Both the position numbers and the translations under genes were made by a program. Below are positions 53,350 through 62,832 of a stretch of DNA of 64,000 nucleotides, in pieces. The notes under the pieces are model-generated. The model did not search any database. It was not told the DNA's origin and was given only the letters and a program-made list of their open reading frames with translations. Position 1 is the stretch's first letter. Each line of letters opens with the position of its first letter. This DNA is from Rhodoplanes serenus. GTDB taxonomy: Bacteria; Pseudomonadota; Alphaproteobacteria; Rhizobiales; Xanthobacteraceae. The stretch spans positions 14,985 to 78,984 of the forward strand of contig CAMAWG010000001.1 of NCBI GenBank assembly GCA_945861855.1, written 5' to 3'.

Positions 53350-54396
53350 ATGGCTCAGGAATCCATCCGCATCGGCAAGGCCGAACTGTCGGCGTTCGTC
53401 GGTGCAATCTTCGAAGCCGTCGGCCTGTCGAAAGAGCATGCCGGCGAATGGGCCAAGATGCTGGTCTGGGCCAACCTGCGCGGCACCGACTCGCACGGCA
53501 TCATCCGCATCCCGCGCTACATCGATCTGGTCAAGGCGAAGTCCATCAACGCCACCGCCAATATCTGCGTCGAGCGCAAGGATGGCGCGGCGGTGGTTCT
53601 TGAGGCAGACCGCGCGCCGTCGGCGGTTGCGATGACTCGCGCGATGTCGGAGGCGATGGACTGCGCGCGCAAGGTGCATGTCGGAATCTGCGCCGCGCGC
53701 AACGTCACCCACACCGGCGCGATCGGCTACTTCGCCGTGCAGGCGGCGGAGGCGGGCTTCATCGGCATCGCCATGAGCGCGTCGGGCCCGATGATGACTT
53801 ATCCCGGCACGCGCGTGCCGGCGGTGTCGTCGAACCCGATCGCGTTCTCGGTGCCGCGCAAGAACGGCCGGCCCTATTTGCTCGACTTTTCGACCGGGGT
53901 CGTCGCCAACGGCAAGATCATGGGCGCCAAGGACCGCGGCGAGAAAATTCCCGTCGGCTGGGGCCTCGACAAGGACGGCAAGGACACCACCGATCCGGCG
54001 GCGGTCGAGACGCTCTTGCCGCTCGGCGGCGCCAAAGGCGCGGGGCTGTCGTTCATGATCGAATGTCTGACCAGCCTCCTGCTGTCGCATCCGCGTATCG
54101 CGCCGGACCTGGAGAGCTGGGCGATCGGCGACGACCCGTTCCTCAACGGCACGGTGATCGCCATCGACATCGGCGGATTCGGCGACCGTGACCGGTTCCT
54201 GGCCGAAGCCGAGCGGCTGGGCACGTCCATCTCGGTCCTCGCCCGCGCTGACGGCGTCGCCAAGATCATGCTTCCCGGCGAGCGAGGCGACGCGATCCGC
54301 GCCGAGCGCGAAGCCTCGGGCATTCCCATCGCGAAGGGCACGTGGCAACGTATCGCCAAGGCCGCGCAGGCGGTGGGCGTTACGCCGCCGATGTAA
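53350..54396 (+). CDS. Ldh_2 family oxidoreductase (AllD ureidoglycolate dehydrogenase-like)
   Basis: GTDSHG, THTGAIG, SNPIAF, LLPLGGAKG, MLPGER. Confidence 0.85.
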   Translation: MAQESIRIGKAELSAFVGAIFEAVGLSKEHAGEWAKMLVWANLRGTDSHGIIRIPRYIDLVKAKSINATANICVERKDGAAVVLEADRAPSAVAMTRAMSEAMDCARKVHVGICAARNVTHTGAIGYFAVQAAEAGFIGIAMSASGPMMTYPGTRVPAVSSNPIAFSVPRKNGRPYLLDFSTGVVANGKIMGAKDRGEKIPVGWGLDKDGKDTTDPAAVETLLPLGGAKGAGLSFMIECLTSLLLSHPRIAPDLESWAIGDDPFLNGTVIAIDIGGFGDRDRFLAEAERLGTSISVLARADGVAKIMLPGERGDAIRAEREASGIPIAKGTWQRIAKAAQAVGVTPPM

Positions 54397-54430
54397 AAGT
54401 CGAAGTTGAAATCCAAGGCAATTCGCAAAA

Positions 54431-56524
54431 ATGGCAGTTCGCAAGACTCCGCGCGCCGGCAACGGCGCCAACATCCGGCTCGCGGCCGACATCGGCGGCA
54501 CCTTCACCGACATCGCGGTGTTCGACGACAAGACCGGGCGGCTCACCTTCGGCAAGGCGCTGTCGACGCCGGATCGTCTGGTCGATGGCATCAGCAGCGG
54601 CGTCGACAAGGCCGGCAGCGACTACGCCGCCGCCAGCCTGTTCCTGCACGGCTCGACGGTGGCCATCAACACCATGCTGGAGCGCACCGGCGCCAAGACC
54701 GCGCTGGTGACGACGGAGGGCTTCCGCGACGTCTACGAGATCGGCCGCATCAACCGGCCCGACGCCTACAACCTCTATTTCCAGAAACACAAGCCGCTGA
54801 TCGAACGGGCGCTGTGCTTCGAGGTGAAGGAGCGCGTGCGCGCCGACGGCGAGGTGGTCACGCCGCTCGACGAGGAGGGCCTGGCGGCGCTGAGTGACAA
54901 GCTGGAAAAGCTCGGCATCGAAGCGACCGCCATCATGTTCATCAACTGCTACGCCAACGGCGCGCATGAGGCGCGGGCGAAGGAGCTTCTGAGCAAGCGC
55001 CATCCCGGCATGTTCGTGTCGGCGTCGCACGAGCTGTCCCAGGAGTACCGCGAGTTCGAGCGCTGCTCGACGGTCGCCGCCAACGCCTATATCGGGCCGA
55101 AGGTGCGCCAGTACGTCGGCGAGATCGACGACCACATCAGGAAGGCGGGCTTCCACGGCTCGTTCCTGATCGTGCAGTCGACCGGCGGACTCTACGAGAG
55201 CGGGCAGGCGCAAAGCCAATGCGTGCGCATGCTGGAATCGGGGCCGGCGGCGGGCGTGATCGGCACCCAGGCGCTCTGCCACACGCTCGGCATCAAGAAC
55301 GCCATCGCCTTCGACATGGGCGGCACCACGGCGAAAGCAGGCGTCATCTACAAGGGCGAGGCGCTGACCACCGGGGCCGCGCTCATTGGCGGCTACGACC
55401 AGGCGCTGCCGGTGCAGATCGCCATGATGGACATTTTCGAGGTTGGCACCGGCGGCGGCTCGATCGCACGGGTGGACGACGGCGCGCTGCGCGTCGGACC
55501 GCAGAGCGCGGGCGCGCAGCCGGGGCCGGCCTGCTACGGTCTCGGCGGCGAGGCGCCGACGGTGACCGACGCCAACCTCGTGCTCGGCCGGCTCGGCGCC
55601 GACCGCTTCCTCGGCGGCGAGATGAAGCTCGACGTCAAGGCCGCGGAGCGGGCGCTCGCCAAGGTCGGCAAGCCGCTCGGCATGAGCGCCACGCAGGCCG
55701 CCGACGGCATCCTGCGCATCGCCGCCACCGCCATGTCCTACGCGGTGAAGGGCGTCACCACCGAGCGCGGCCTTGATGCCGGCGATTTCGTGCTGGTCGC
55801 CTACGGCGGCGCTGGCCCGCTGCACGCGGTCGCGGTCGCGCGCGAGATCGGCATCCGCAACGTCATCGTTCCCGGCGCGCCGGGCGTGTTCTCGGCCTTC
55901 GGCATGCTGTTCTCGGACCTGCGCTACGATTATGTGCGCACGCACTTGATGCAGCTTTCGGAGGCGCCGTTCGACGAGGTGGAGACGGTGTTCAAGGAAT
56001 TGGAGCGGCAGGGTCGCGACGCGATTGCCGCCACCTCGGTCAAGCCGCACAAGATCACGGTGAAGCGCGCCTTCGACATGCGCTATGTCGGCCAGGAGCA
56101 TCCGGTCACGGTCGATCTGCCGATGCGCGTGTTCGCCAGGCAAGACCGCAAGGCGATCAAGCAGCATTTCGACGACATGCATCTCCTGCGCTACGGCACC
56201 TCGGCGCCGCTCGAGCGCGCCGAGGTCGTGAGTTTGCGCGTCACCGTCACCGGCCTGATGAGGAAGCCGCCGCAGGAGAAGATCGGGAAGGGCACGAGCG
56301 CGCCGCCGAAATCGGCTTTCGCCGGCAAGCGGCCGGTGTCTTTCGACGGCAAGTTCCGCGCCGCGCCGACCTATAAGCGTGCGGAATTGCTGGCAGGTAA
56401 CAAGATCAGCGGGCCTGCGCTGATCGAGGAGCATGCCTCGACCACGGTGCTGATGCCGCGCGACCGCATGACGGTGGATGCGTATGGCAATCTGGTGATT
56501 TCCGTTGCCGGAGCGAAGCGATGA
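54431..56524 (+). CDS. Hydantoinase A / oxoprolinase family protein (copy 2)
   Basis: ADIGGTFTD, ESGPAAG, DMGGTT, YGGAGPLH; close paralog of 20055-22133. Confidence 0.92.
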   Translation: MAVRKTPRAGNGANIRLAADIGGTFTDIAVFDDKTGRLTFGKALSTPDRLVDGISSGVDKAGSDYAAASLFLHGSTVAINTMLERTGAKTALVTTEGFRDVYEIGRINRPDAYNLYFQKHKPLIERALCFEVKERVRADGEVVTPLDEEGLAALSDKLEKLGIEATAIMFINCYANGAHEARAKELLSKRHPGMFVSASHELSQEYREFERCSTVAANAYIGPKVRQYVGEIDDHIRKAGFHGSFLIVQSTGGLYESGQAQSQCVRMLESGPAAGVIGTQALCHTLGIKNAIAFDMGGTTAKAGVIYKGEALTTGAALIGGYDQALPVQIAMMDIFEVGTGGGSIARVDDGALRVGPQSAGAQPGPACYGLGGEAPTVTDANLVLGRLGADRFLGGEMKLDVKAAERALAKVGKPLGMSATQAADGILRIAATAMSYAVKGVTTERGLDAGDFVLVAYGGAGPLHAVAVAREIGIRNVIVPGAPGVFSAFGMLFSDLRYDYVRTHLMQLSEAPFDEVETVFKELERQGRDAIAATSVKPHKITVKRAFDMRYVGQEHPVTVDLPMRVFARQDRKAIKQHFDDMHLLRYGTSAPLERAEVVSLRVTVTGLMRKPPQEKIGKGTSAPPKSAFAGKRPVSFDGKFRAAPTYKRAELLAGNKISGPALIEEHASTTVLMPRDRMTVDAYGNLVISVAGAKR

Positions 56525-56547
56525 TTGAATCGGTGCAACGCACGCGC

Positions 56548-56705
56548 TTCCCTTCTCCCCCTGAGGGAGAGGGTGGATCGCGCGGAGGGAATCCGAGCGC
56601 GATCCGGGTGAGGGGTCAGCGCGTCGTCGATACTCCGACCCCTCACCCGCCCTCACTCGGCTATCGCCTCCGCTCGGGCACCCTCTCCCTCAAGGGGAGA
56701 GGGGA
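56548..56705. repeat. REP-like composite palindrome (family B variant) between hyuA and hyuB
   Basis: TTCCCTTCTCCCCCTGAGGGAGAGGG ... CCCTCACCC ... CCCTCTCCCTCAAGGGGAGAGGGG. Confidence 0.75.
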
Positions 56706-56756
56706 AGAGAATTCGTGGCTCGTGTTCTATTTCTCATCTGCTGCGTAGGAAAACGC

Positions 56757-58517
56757 ATGGCCAAAAAAACTAAAGCCAAAAGGAAGTCTCCGAAGCTCGA
56801 TCCCGTCGTCGCCGAGATCGTGCGCAACGGCATCATCGCCGTGACTGAGGAAATGAAGACCAACCTCATGCGCACGGCGTACAACATGATCATCTACGAG
56901 GCGCTGGACTTCACCACCGGCCTGTTCACGCCGGAGGGCGAGACCGTCTCGATCGGCATCGGCCTGCCGATGTTCATCCGCGGCATGGCGGAGACGGTGA
57001 AAGCCAAGATCAGGCATTTTGGCTACAAGAACATCAAGCCGGGCGACATCTACGTCACCAACGATTCCTACATCACCGGAAGCCATCTCAACCACTTCAC
57101 CTTCACCCTGCCGATCTTCCACAAGGGCAAGCTCGCCGGCTTCTCCTGCTGCATGGCGCACTGGCTGGACGTCGGCGGCGTGCTCGGCGGCATGACCACC
57201 GACATTTACTCGGAAGGTCTGCAATGCCCGATCCTGAAGTACCAGGACCAGGGCAAGGTCAACGACACGCTGGTCGACATTATCCGCATGAACGTCCGCC
57301 TGCCGCCGCGCGCGGTAGGCGATCTGCGCGCGCAGGTCACCGCGGTAAAGACCGGCGAGCGGCGCTTTCTCGAACTGCTCGATCGCTATGGACGCGCGGC
57401 GGTGGATGCGTCGATCCAGCAGATCTTTGACCGCGCCGACGTGGCGGCGCGCGCCCGCACCAAGACCATTCCCGATGGCGTGTACGAGGCCGAGTCCTAC
57501 ATGGACGACGACGGCATCGACATCGGCAAGAAGGTGCCGATCAAGGTGAAGGTCACCGTCAAGGGCGACGAGATGACCATCGACCTCACCGATGTGTCGA
57601 AGCAGGTGCGCGGCTTCTACAACTCCGGCATCACCACGGGCTACGCCTGCGCCCAGGTGGCGCACAAGTGCGTCACCTCGCCGACCGACTATCCGATCAA
57701 CGACGGCGCCTTCCGCAGCCTCAAGGTTATCGTGCCGCCCGGCCGCATCATCAGCGCGGTGCGGCCCGCGCCGATGCGTTGGTGGATGACGTTCCCGATG
57801 ACCATCGTCGACACGATCTTCAAGGCGCTGCAGCCGGCGATCCCCGACCGCGTCATCGCCGGTCATCACGCCGACCTGCTGGCGCCGAGCTTTCACGGCT
57901 TCAATCCGAAATCGTCGGAGTTCTTCATCGGCACCTTCGGCCCGCTTGGCGGTGGCTGGGGCGCGAAGAAGACCGAGGACGGCGTGTCGGCGACGGTGTG
58001 CCTCAACGACGGTGACACCCACAACGGTCCGAACGAGCAGGCCGAGGCGAAATTTCCGATCCTGGTCGAGCGCTACGAACTGATCCCGGACTCCGGCGGC
58101 GCCGGGCGCTACCGCGGCGGGCTCGGCATTGCCCGCACCACGCGCGCGCTCACGCCGGTCACTTTCAACACGCAGACCGACCGGGCGCATTGCAGGCCCT
58201 GGGGCCTCGACGGCGCGGGCGACGGCACCGGCAACAAGGTGGCGTTCCGGCTTGGCGGCGAGTGGAAGGACGATTTCCCCAACGCCAAGGTGCTGGTGGC
58301 CAATCTCAAGCCCGGCGACGCGCACCGCATTAGTTCGGGCGGCGGCGGCGGCTACGGTCTGGCGTTCGATCGGCCGGCCGAGGACGTGCGCGAGGACGTC
58401 CGGCAGGGCTATGTGTCGGTGCAGGCCGCGGCGGAATTGTATGGCGTGGTGGTGGACCCCGAGACGTTCGCGGTCGATCAAGCGGCGACGGACAGACTGC
58501 GCGCGGCGAAGCACTGA
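56757..58517 (+). CDS. Hydantoinase B / oxoprolinase family protein (copy 2)
   Basis: LMRTAYNMIIYEALDF, SHLNH, AHWLDVGG, NDGDTHNGP, SGGGGGYG; AGGA RBS before ATG 56757. Confidence 0.92.
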   Translation: MAKKTKAKRKSPKLDPVVAEIVRNGIIAVTEEMKTNLMRTAYNMIIYEALDFTTGLFTPEGETVSIGIGLPMFIRGMAETVKAKIRHFGYKNIKPGDIYVTNDSYITGSHLNHFTFTLPIFHKGKLAGFSCCMAHWLDVGGVLGGMTTDIYSEGLQCPILKYQDQGKVNDTLVDIIRMNVRLPPRAVGDLRAQVTAVKTGERRFLELLDRYGRAAVDASIQQIFDRADVAARARTKTIPDGVYEAESYMDDDGIDIGKKVPIKVKVTVKGDEMTIDLTDVSKQVRGFYNSGITTGYACAQVAHKCVTSPTDYPINDGAFRSLKVIVPPGRIISAVRPAPMRWWMTFPMTIVDTIFKALQPAIPDRVIAGHHADLLAPSFHGFNPKSSEFFIGTFGPLGGGWGAKKTEDGVSATVCLNDGDTHNGPNEQAEAKFPILVERYELIPDSGGAGRYRGGLGIARTTRALTPVTFNTQTDRAHCRPWGLDGAGDGTGNKVAFRLGGEWKDDFPNAKVLVANLKPGDAHRISSGGGGGYGLAFDRPAEDVREDVRQGYVSVQAAAELYGVVVDPETFAVDQAATDRLRAAKH

Positions 58518-58525
58518 CTCTCCAC

Positions 58526-58679
58526 CGTCATTCCGGACGCCGCCAACGGGTCCGCGCAGAGCGCGGCCCGATGACAGGCTCCGCGGCGATCCGGAATCCA
58601 TAACCCCGGTGGTGCGGAACTGGAATGCAGGGGTTATGGATTCCGGGTTCACGCGCTTCGCGCGTGCCCCGAAATGACG
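58526..58679. repeat. REP-like palindrome (family C variant) with a nested hairpin insert
   Basis: CGTCATTCCGG...CCGGAATCCATAACCCC...GGGGTTATGGATTCCGG...GAAATGACG with internal CGGGTCCGCGCAGAGCGCGGCCCG. Confidence 0.75.
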
Positions 58680-58714
58680 CCGAATTTTGGGATGATACGC
58701 AAAAGGAGATTTAT

Positions 58715-59098
58715 ATGGCCGATATCGTTTCCACCAATCCCCCGACCATGGCGCCTCCCGGCGGCCACTACAGCCACGCGGTGACGGCCAACGGGTTCGT
58801 CTTCGTCTCCGGCGAATTGCCGATCGCGCCCGACGGCACCAAGCTCAACGAAGCCACCTTCGAACAGCAGGCGCAGCAGGTGCTCGACAATGTCGCGCAT
58901 GCGTTGAAAGGGGCTGGCAGTTCTATCGACAAGCTGACGCAGGTGCGCGTCTACGTCACCGACATCGGCGACTGGCCGGCGTTCAACGCGCTTTATGCGA
59001 AATGGACGGGCGGCGCGCGTCCGGCCCGCTGCGTGGTGCCGGTGCCGCAGTTGCACTACGGTTTCAAGATCGAGATCGAGGCGGTGGCCGTCAAATAG
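58715..59098 (+). CDS. RidA/YjgF family protein
   Basis: GHYSHA, FVSGELP, FNALY, PARCVV, IEIEAVA; AAGGAG RBS. Confidence 0.92.
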   Translation: MADIVSTNPPTMAPPGGHYSHAVTANGFVFVSGELPIAPDGTKLNEATFEQQAQQVLDNVAHALKGAGSSIDKLTQVRVYVTDIGDWPAFNALYAKWTGGARPARCVVPVPQLHYGFKIEIEAVAVK

Positions 59099-59121
59099 TT
59101 ATTTCGCGCTGAACTCTCGTT

Positions 59122-59215
59122 CGTCATGCCCGGCCTTGTGCCGGGCATCCACGCCTTACTTTTAGCGTCGCCGCAAAGCAAGACGTGGATGGCCGGGACA
59201 AGCCCGGCCATGACG
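59122..59215. repeat. REP/RIME-like element (family A)
   Basis: CGTCATGCCCGGCCTTGTGCCGGGCATCCACG...CGTGGATGGCCGGGACAAGCCCGGCCATGACG; between convergent genes. Confidence 0.85.
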
Positions 59216-59231
59216 TCGAGAGGGTGGAGCG

Positions 59232-59444
59232 CTACTTAAGCTTCCGGTTGATCTTCGCTGTATAATTCATCCCGCCGGCGCCGCAGCAGGGGCAGTTCAG
59301 CGCCACGAGAATCGCCTGCTTGGACTCCTCGTCGAGATCGGACGCCTCCAGCACCTCGCGCGCCTGCTGGGTGAACAGGTCGTGCAGCGACTGGTCGCCG
59401 GCGAAAATCTGCTGCTCGGGTTGCTGATCCGGTTCCTTGCCCAT
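59232..59444 (-). CDS. Small hypothetical protein with CPCC motif
   Basis: 70 aa, starts 2 nt after the decarboxylase stop, host-like codons, LNCPCCGAGG. Confidence 0.65.
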   Translation of the reverse strand: MGKEPDQQPEQQIFAGDQSLHDLFTQQAREVLEASDLDEESKQAILVALNCPCCGAGGMNYTAKINRKLK

Positions 59445-59446
59445 CG

Positions 59447-60403
59447 CTACAGCTTAAGCAGCTTTACGGCGTTGTTGTAGGCGATGTCGGCGCGCACCTT
59501 CTCGTGGAGCTTTTCGGTGTCGAGCCAGTGCCCGGCTTCTTCCGCCCTCTCAAACGGATAGTCGGCCGAGAACATGATGCGCTCGTGGCCGAGCGCGGCG
59601 ATCGCGCAGTTGAGCGGTTCCGCCGAGCACATGCCCGAGGTGGTGATTTCGATGTTGGTCTTGATGTAGTGCGACACCGGGTTCTTCAGGCCGACGTTGT
59701 AGAAATCCGGCCCGGTGCGGCTGTCGAAGCGCCAGAGGAGAAACGGCAAAGTCTCGCCCATGTGGCCTAAGCCCAGCCGCGCCTTGGGGAAGCGGTCGAA
59801 CACCCCGCCGAAAACGAGCCGCAGCGCGTGCGAGCCCGTTTCGAACGTCCACTCCCAGGTGGCGCGGCGCAGCCCCGGATGGCCCTGCAGCACCGGCGCG
59901 ATGGAAACCGGATCGGTCGGATGGATGTAGATCAGCGTGCCCAGCGCCTCGGCGCGCTCCCAGAACGGCGAGAGCGACGGGTGGTCGAGATACTGCCCGT
60001 TGGTGTGGCCGTTGATCATCGCGCCGCAGAATTTCAATTGCGTGACGCAGCGCTCAAGCTCGTCCGCCGCCGCCTGGGCATCCTGCATCGGCAGATGCGC
60101 GAAGCCGGAATAGCGGTCCGGGCGCTTCTGGATTTCGTTCGCCAGGAAGTCGTTGCCCGCTTTCGCGGTGCGGATCGCGGTCGCGGAGTCGCGCTCGGCC
60201 TGCACGCCTGGGCCGGCCAGCGCCAGCACGGCGCGCTCGATCCCGGCCTTGTCCATGGAAGCCAGCCGCTGTTCGCCGAAGTCGGTGTTGAGGCTCAGGA
60301 GCCTCTCGCGCTTGGCGGCCGGCATCTCGGCCACGGTCGGATTCCAGTATTCGATGAAGCCCGGGCACAGGAAATGCTCTTCAAGGGCGATCTTCTTGAC
60401 CAT
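59447..60403 (-). CDS. Gamma-resorcylate / 2,3-dihydroxybenzoate decarboxylase-like amidohydrolase
   Basis: KIALEEHF (ExH), YIHP, HALRLVFGGVFDRFP, GHMGETLP, ITTSG, FSADYPF. Confidence 0.85.
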   Translation of the reverse strand: MVKKIALEEHFLCPGFIEYWNPTVAEMPAAKRERLLSLNTDFGEQRLASMDKAGIERAVLALAGPGVQAERDSATAIRTAKAGNDFLANEIQKRPDRYSGFAHLPMQDAQAAADELERCVTQLKFCGAMINGHTNGQYLDHPSLSPFWERAEALGTLIYIHPTDPVSIAPVLQGHPGLRRATWEWTFETGSHALRLVFGGVFDRFPKARLGLGHMGETLPFLLWRFDSRTGPDFYNVGLKNPVSHYIKTNIEITTSGMCSAEPLNCAIAALGHERIMFSADYPFERAEEAGHWLDTEKLHEKVRADIAYNNAVKLLKL

Positions 60404-60476
60404 CGGTCCTCCCGGCCTTTTGCATTTTGCGTTCTGTAGCGCAGTTGGGCAGGCGTGTATATCATCCTGCTTATCG

Positions 60477-60525
60477 GAGCATGATCCCGAAAAGTGGGAA
60501 CCGGATTTCGGACAAGATCATGCTC
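60477..60525. repeat. Rhizobiales-type short palindromic repeat (family D)
   Basis: GAGCATGATC-CCGAAAAGTGGGAACCGGATTTCGG-ACAAGATCATGCTC. Confidence 0.7.
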
Positions 60526-60558
60526 AAAGGCCCGATTGGGCTGCGCAGGGAGGATTGA

Positions 60559-61404
60559 GTGGCGAAGAAGATTCGTGGCGTGATGTTCGAGGAAAACCTC
60601 AAGAACGAGATGGGGCTGGAGTTCTACAACCTGTCGCATCGTTTCGGTTATCAGTCCCCGAACTGGCCCTATTTCGAAGACGTCAAGATCGAGCGCATCC
60701 ATTACATGGCGAAGTCGTGCGTGCTGTCGCAGCGCATCACGACCTCCATGCACAACACCACCCACATCGACGCGCCGGCCCACGTCATCCAGGGCACGCC
60801 ATTCATCGACGAGGTGCCGCTGCCGCATTTCTTCGGCTCCGGCATCGTGGTCTCGATCCCGAAGAAGAAGTGGGAGCCGATCACCTATGACGATCTGGAA
60901 AAAGCTGCCGGCAAGGTCGTCCGCCCGCGCGATGTGGTGCTCGTGAACACCGGCTGGCATCACCAGTACGAGGACAGCGAGGATTATTTCTGCCGCTCGC
61001 CCGGTTTTGTGAAGTCGGCCGGCGAGTGGTTCGTCGAGAAGAAGGTCAAGGTGGTCGGCCACGACACCCAGGCCAACGATCATCCGCTTGCCACCGCTAT
61101 CGGCCCGCAGCGCAACGGGCCGCTGCATCCGCATCTCGCCGAGGAGTACAAGGAGTGGTCCGGCGGTCGCGACTGGAAGGACGACTTTCCCGAGTGGGAG
61201 CCGGTGCACCGAATCCTGTTCAAGAACGGCATCCTCGGCATCGAGAACGTCGGCGGCGATCTCGACAAGGTCACCGGGCGGCGCTGCACCTTCGCGTTCT
61301 TCCCGTGGAACTGGGATCGCGGCGACGGCTGCATCATCCGCCTCGTCGCTATCGTCGACCCCAAGGGCAGCTATCGGATCGAAAAGGGAGCGAGGTTCAA
61401 ATGA
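60559..61404 (+). CDS. Cyclase family metal-dependent hydrolase (candidate dihydrophloroglucinol cyclohydrolase)
   Basis: HNTTHIDAPAH, NTGWH, GIENVGGDL; GGAGGA RBS. Confidence 0.82.
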   Translation: MAKKIRGVMFEENLKNEMGLEFYNLSHRFGYQSPNWPYFEDVKIERIHYMAKSCVLSQRITTSMHNTTHIDAPAHVIQGTPFIDEVPLPHFFGSGIVVSIPKKKWEPITYDDLEKAAGKVVRPRDVVLVNTGWHHQYEDSEDYFCRSPGFVKSAGEWFVEKKVKVVGHDTQANDHPLATAIGPQRNGPLHPHLAEEYKEWSGGRDWKDDFPEWEPVHRILFKNGILGIENVGGDLDKVTGRRCTFAFFPWNWDRGDGCIIRLVAIVDPKGSYRIEKGARFK

Positions 61405-61742
61405 TCGTCAAGAAACTCAGCGAGGCGAAGGAATATGTCGCGCCGAACCACCGCGCCTGCTCGACCCTGCGCCTGTTCGGCGCGGAGGCGGGCGGCTCCA
61501 AGGCGCTGATCGCCGGGGTGTCGCATTTTCTGCCCGGCGGCGGCGCCGGCCCCGACGCCTCGCCGCCGGAGAAGGTCTATTACGTGCTGGCCGGCGAACT
61601 GACGGTGATCGTCGGCGGCAAGGAAACGGTGCTGAAGAAGAACGACAGTTGCTACATCGGCCCCAACGAGAGCCGCGAGATCGTCAACCGCGGCAACGAC
61701 GTCTGCACGATCTTTGTCGCGGTCGCGGCGCCGCCGGCATGA
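61401..61742 (+). CDS. Cupin domain protein
   Basis: ATGA coupled; FLPGGGA...EKVYYVLAGE...DSCYIGPNESREIVN. Confidence 0.85.
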   Translation: MIVKKLSEAKEYVAPNHRACSTLRLFGAEAGGSKALIAGVSHFLPGGGAGPDASPPEKVYYVLAGELTVIVGGKETVLKKNDSCYIGPNESREIVNRGNDVCTIFVAVAAPPA

Positions 61743-61768
61743 TGCAACACGGGCACGACATTAGCGTT

Positions 61769-61854
61769 CGTCATGGCCGGGCTTGTCCCGGCCATCCACG
61801 CCTCCTTGGCGATGAAGAAAGACGTGGATGCCCGGCACAAGGCCGGGCATGACG
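61769..61854. repeat. REP/RIME-like element (family A)
   Basis: CGTCATGGCCGGGCTTGTCCCGGCCATCCACG...CGTGGATGCCCGGCACAAGGCCGGGCATGACG. Confidence 0.85.
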
Positions 61855-61888
61855 TGGTGAGGATAACGTCCACATTGTGAGTCAGAAA

Positions 61889-62695
61889 ATGTCCCAAGAC
61901 TTCCTGAAAGATCCGCTCTCCCTGTTCAGCGTCAAAGGCAAGACCGCCGTCGTCACCGGCGCTACCGGTGCGTTCGGCGCGCTCGCCGCCAAGGTGCTGT
62001 GCGGCGCGGGGGCCAACGTCGCGATCTGCGCCAACAACGCCGCCGGCCTGAAGAAGGTCGCGGCCGAATGCGAGGCGCTCGGCGGCGGCAAGGTCCACAT
62101 CGTCGCCAAGCGGCCCAACTCGGAAGAGAACTGCGCCACCATCGTCAACGCGGCGGTCGACCGCTTCAAGAGCCTGGATATTCTCGTGGTCGCCTCCGGC
62201 CAGAACAAGGTCGCCAAGATCGTCGACCAGAAGGCCGACGATTTCCTCGACGTGATGGACGCCAACGTCACCCAGTCATGGCTGATGGCGCGCGCCGCCG
62301 GCCGGCAGATGCTCAAGCAAGGCAAGGGCGGCAAGGTTGTACTGATGTCGTCGGCGCGGGGCCTGCTCGGCCATCCGGCGGGCTACTCGGCCTATTGCGC
62401 CTCGAAGTCCGCCATCGACGGCATCACCAAGGCGCTCGGCTGCGAATGGGGCGGCGCCGGCATCACCGTCAACGCGCTCGGCCCCACCGTCTTCCGCTCG
62501 CCGCTGACCGAATGGATGTTCGCCGACGACGAGCGCGGCAAGACCGTGCGCGCGGGCTTCCTCACCCGCGTGCCGAAGGGCCGTCTTGGGGAGCCGGAAG
62601 ATTTGGCGGGGCCGCTCTTGTTCCTCGCGTCGAAGGCGTCGGATTTTTATACCGGCCACATCCTCTACGCCGACGGCGGTTACACCGCGGGTTGA
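61889..62695 (+). CDS. SDR oxidoreductase, phloroglucinol reductase-like
   Basis: TGATGAFG, YCASK, PTVFRSPLTEWMF; GTG 61877 is an alternative start. Confidence 0.82.
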   Translation: MSQDFLKDPLSLFSVKGKTAVVTGATGAFGALAAKVLCGAGANVAICANNAAGLKKVAAECEALGGGKVHIVAKRPNSEENCATIVNAAVDRFKSLDILVVASGQNKVAKIVDQKADDFLDVMDANVTQSWLMARAAGRQMLKQGKGGKVVLMSSARGLLGHPAGYSAYCASKSAIDGITKALGCEWGGAGITVNALGPTVFRSPLTEWMFADDERGKTVRAGFLTRVPKGRLGEPEDLAGPLLFLASKASDFYTGHILYADGGYTAG

Positions 62696-62723
62696 GTTTC
62701 GGGAATGGGCTCGGCGTTGAATG

Positions 62724-62816
62724 GACCCCCACCTCATTCCTCCCCCTTTCAGGGGGAGGATGACGGTGCGGCGAGTCCTCCCTCCCCCTGAAAGGGGGAG
62801 GGTCGGGGTGGGGGTC
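62724..62816. repeat. 93-bp REP/MITE-like nested palindrome (family B)
   Basis: Near-identical reverse complement of 22176-22268. Confidence 0.85.
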
Positions 62817-62832
62817 ATAGTGCGAGTGAGAT

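Noticed and set aside
56521-56748. Small ORFs across palindromic repeats (also 23397-23678, 22267-22584)
   Set aside because: They are translations of REP-like elements or overlaps with real genes, with no coding signature.
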